Below are positions 60,401-64,000 of a stretch of DNA of 64,000 nt, piece by piece. Numbering within the stretch: the first letter of the stretch is position 1; each line of letters begins with the position of its first letter. Source of the DNA: Vicugna vicugna (lineage: Eukaryota); assembly GCA_013265495.1 (NCBI GenBank), contig MU058423.1, positions 571,061 through 635,060 on the forward strand, written 5' to 3'. A program made the position numbers and the translations under genes. Below the pieces are notes generated by a model that was given only the letters and a program-made list of their open reading frames with translations, was not told where the DNA came from and searched no databases.

Positions 60401-61778
60401 ACATCTGCTAATTATAGCCTCTCAAAAAACAAAATAATCATTTATTTAAAAACAAAACAAAACAAAATAGAAAAAGAGGACAATTGAAGAACAAAAGGCA
60501 AAGCCATAGATGGGAAAAACTCAATGGCCAGAAGCACAATGTTCATGAGAGCTCTGCTCTTGCTTTTGAGGTTCAGGGTCAGTGACTCACTCAATTACTT
60601 GCTGCCGGGAAATCTTCAGCAGTGCCCCGCTGATCACCAAGTCAGGACAGAGGAAGCAACAGCTAGTCGGGGAGTTTTGACCCTTCAAGTGGTGGCATTC
60701 TTGATACTATTTTGTTGTCACTTTGTCCTGGGCTCTGACTCTAAAGTCACATTCTAGAAAAACTTCTCCTTGCCCTATGCTTTATAGCTTTGACCCTCAA
60801 TAGAAGGAGGGGAGGGAAACAGCTCTGAAAACAGCATTTCCTCTGCTGTTGCAAACCTTTAAGAAGATCTACAAGAAGGGCAGTCGGGTGATAGATGAAT
60901 GACCCCCAAAGGACCTGGTTGCCCTCCCTTTGGTGTACAGAAGGGAGATAATGTATTCTGGCACTATCAAAGGCCTTAGTGAAGGATTCTAAACACTTCA
61001 TTAAAATCTCACCACCAATTCTATTCTATCCTGGGGCTGCTAATGAAAGAGAAGAGTCATTTACAAACCTGAGCCAATGAGAACTACCCTGGCTCCCAGG
61101 GAGAAGATGCAAGTGGCCTGTGTCAGCCAGGTGGCTTTACAGAAAACCCAATCACATAATCAAAGTCTCTGTAATTCAGTCTCAATTACTCCACGGTGTC
61201 CCACCGCCCCAGCCAGCTGCAAAGATTGTCCTGCATTTGGTGAATTACCATCTCCCTCCAAAGAGCCATGCTAAAGGAATTTGACTCCATTTACCGTATG
61301 CTGCCTCTTTTCTTCCTTTTCCTGAGAAACCATTTCTAAATAGGACCCGCTCGTTTCTCCTGCAACCTTGAGATACAGCCAGAGCCCAAAGAGGGAAGCA
61401 TTGGCAGAAAGTCTCGTGCATGTAGATGAAGATCTTTGTACCTGAGCAACCGTCCCGGTGACCAGGATGGTGTTGGGTGTAGTCACCTCACTTCCTGACC
61501 AACGAACAGTCTGTGAGATGTTTGGAGGCTTTGAACTTTGGCTGATTTTCTTGGGTTGGTGGTTCTTCCAAAAGGACAGGACCATAATTTTAGCTTCAAT
61601 AGGCAATGAGACAGACATGAAATGTGTAGGTCTTTGTTGTTATTTTCTCAAAGGTGTTGAGCAGCACCCAAGTTCTGCACTAGGATCTTAGGAAGACCTT
61701 GAATATTCCTTTTCCCTCTCAACCTGACTGGTTTCTCCAAAAGGTCAGGAGTATATCAGATCTGAAACTGGATAGGAT

Positions 61779-61780
<2 letters not shown>

Positions 61781-61813
<33 letters not shown>
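61781..61813. repeat. Poly(A)33 tract
   Basis: Read directly from the sequence. Confidence 0.95.
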
Positions 61814-61815
<2 letters not shown>

Positions 61816-61889
61816 AAAAACCCCACAAAAAATACCACAGAGTGGATTAAGTTTAGCTTAGTATGTCTTAAGGGGAAAAGCATGTTCTC

Positions 61890-62560
61890 AGGACTCAGGG
61901 GTGCTGAGTGAGTTCCATACCCACCAGTCTCATACTGTGAGACCTCAGACCAGCTGTCTAAACTCTCTTAACCTCAATTTCTTTATCTGTAAAGTGGGGA
62001 AAGCTATACTTGCTTCCCAGACCAGTGAGGAAATAATGAGATGCACTTTGTAAATGTACTTTGTAAATGCTAACATGCTTTACAAATATAAGTTATTTTT
62101 GGTTAAAATGAAATATTAGACCAAAGCTCTGTTTGCTACATTCCTCTTACTTCTCCTGATCCCAGCTCTTTAGAGAAAATCTCTTGGTCGTGAAGTCAAA
62201 TGTCAGAAAAGGTCCTCGTTGTGCTCTGTGACTTGCAAAACAAATTCTTCAAGTAAAAGAGGCCCATTCTTTTTTTTTTTTTTTGTCTCCAGGGTCTACA
62301 TGAAGAACCATGATAACTCCAGTTAATAGGTGCATGAAACTTCTTCAGTTTTAGTTTAAAAATCAGTTTTTAGTATGCCTCCTGTGTGTGCACAATAACA
62401 ATTCTTGGGCGACGCTTTTGAATAGATGCATGCCCATTTTATAAACAAACTGTCTGGGCACAGAATCATCTAGCATTTAAGTGGCAGATCCAGGACCCGA
62501 CTGGAAGTCTTTTTAACCACAAATCCCAGTCTTTCCAGTACTGTTCCCCACACTGCACTG
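61890..62560. mobile_element. MIR(+) 61890-62095 and MIR(-) fragment ~62420-62560
   Basis: 'cctcaatttctttatctgtaaagtgggg' and 'cccattttataaac..aagtggcagatccaggac'. Confidence 0.65.
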
Positions 62561-63180
62561 ACTCCCTGTGATCATACTTAGGTTGTAGGTCGGAGAGGGA
62601 CTCAGGTCCCTTGTACAAGAGTTTGCACATATCAGCCCCACTATATTAGAAAAATCTGCCATCCTAGGGGAGAATCTGTTACAGAGTCCAGATTAATGAA
62701 TTAGTTAATGTTTAACCCACCCAAGAGTCACAGATTCTACTCTCAGGGAACTCTCATGTACACAAGACTAAGTCATAGTCAACAAGGGTCTCCATAAAAC
62801 TGTAGTGTCAGATTGTGTTTGTTTGTGGTGGTGATGATCACCATTCGGTTGGAAAAGGAGCTGGATCAATCCGGGAACCTTCCTGGAGAAGGTGACCCTT
62901 GAAATTTAAAGACAGTAGGTAGAGTGACAAATATTCTCTAGATTAGGATGACTAGGACTCAAAGAAATGGACTGGAAGTGGAGACAAGGGAGTATATGTT
63001 TCCCTGCTCTACAGCCTATGGATTTTCCACTCCACCTTAACTGTAATATAAACTTGAAATAGACCCAGTTTAACTGTAAGCTAATATTTACATAATGTGC
63101 TAGTACATAATGTGCTGGCAAAGCACTTTGATTGTTGCTATTTTTCAGGATTTAATCTTCACAGAAGTTTTGTCAAATAG

Positions 63181-64000
63181 TGTCTTCATCTGGGTTTCCC
63201 TGAAAGCAGAGCCTGAGATGAAAGCTCTTGCAGTACCCACTTATTAGGGCATCAAGCCCAGGGAGCAGGAATGAGAGAAGATGGGAGATAACCAGGGAAA
63301 GAGAGAGCACCAATACATGGATGCAGGATGGGGCTGGCAGCTGTTGCATGTGACTGACGGTTTGATTTCATGGCATAGCTCTCTGAGAAGCTATGTAAAT
63401 TACATCTAAGGATAGTCAGTCTGGGAGGAAACAGGGGAAAAAATGTATCCACTGACTCCTTTCTCTAACTAGTCAAAGATTTGCCCTTTAGAACATTAAT
63501 TCCACCCCCCTTTTGGTGTCAAATATGTGAGTGCCCAGCAGATCTTGCAGCATTCTAAGCCTTGGAGACGACAAGAAAGCTCAGTATAGGAAGGTGAGAT
63601 ATCGTACGACTATATCCACTTAGAGTTGGTAAAATCCCATGCAGAGCTAGTTAACATAGTGATGACTGAAACAAGGGACAGAAGTGGTACAGAAGAGGGG
63701 TCTGATACAGTCCACCCCTTTCACTACTCAGATCTTCTTGTGCTCCTGATTATATCTGGATCCTATTTTATAATATGGAGCCTCCATTTTTATGAGAACA
63801 GAATTACCTTAATTCTCCCCTAAGAAGTGAGGTACAAGTCCAAATAACCTGAGAGTCTTTTTTAAGGTGGTGGCCAGGAGCAAAAGACTGAAAGCAGGAG
63901 GGTTAATGAAACAAGCGAGAGTCCCTTTTACTAGTTCTAATTCCAAACCAGAGTATGATTGATACTCATGATTTCCCTCCTCCATCATCTATTCTAGCTA
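63181..64000 (-). mobile_element. ERV-L 3' LTR (LTR40-like, 63181-63709) with polypurine tract and internal sequence running off the window
   Basis: LTR 'tgtcttcatctgggtttccctgaaagcagagcctgaga...tctgataca'. On minus, a PPT 'gaaaggggtggac' directly precedes the LTR TG, upstream of which lies ERVL-like internal 3' sequence. Confidence 0.75.

Noticed and set aside
29107..63709. Similar LTRs at 29107 and 63181 as the two ends of one provirus
   Set aside because: 63181 is a 3' LTR whose internal sequence extends rightwards; the 34 kb between them is ordinary genomic DNA.
1..64000. Prokaryotic-style systems (CRISPR arrays, operons, defence or retron loci)
   Set aside because: The sequence is mammalian and repeat-rich, with no regularly spaced repeats or gene-dense ORFs. 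The only RT homology found is dead ERV-L.

Overview
This is mammalian, not prokaryotic, DNA. It is most likely camelid (camel/alpaca/llama), judged from a Vic-1-type tRNA-Ala SINE at 31974 and young L1 3' ends resembling camelid L1. The window is repeat-rich and non-coding, either intergenic or deep intronic. I recognise no host protein-coding exon, functional RNA gene, CpG island or CRISPR array. Nearly all ORFs in the supplied track look like chance ORFs; the recognisable ones are decayed L1 ORF2 and ERV-L gag fragments. Main content is many MIR, L2 and L3 relics, hAT and Tigger DNA transposons, ERVL/MaLR/MamGypsy LTRs, and L1s with target-site duplications. A dead ERV-L provirus (LTR-PBS-gag-pro-RT, minus strand, about 50.6-54.8 kb) carries nested insertions. 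The observations most worth following up are: two twin-primed 5'-inverted L1s; a MER96 hairpin with apparently symmetric changes in both arms; repeat-free blocks with enhancer-like motifs (homeodomain-dense at 41.7-42.2 kb, paired MEF2-like sites at 37.7 kb); two possible + strand exons; and a minus-strand LTR bias hinting at a + strand host transcript. I found no convincing novel biological system. Repeat family names come from recalled consensus sequences, not a database search, and boundaries of old repeats are approximate.
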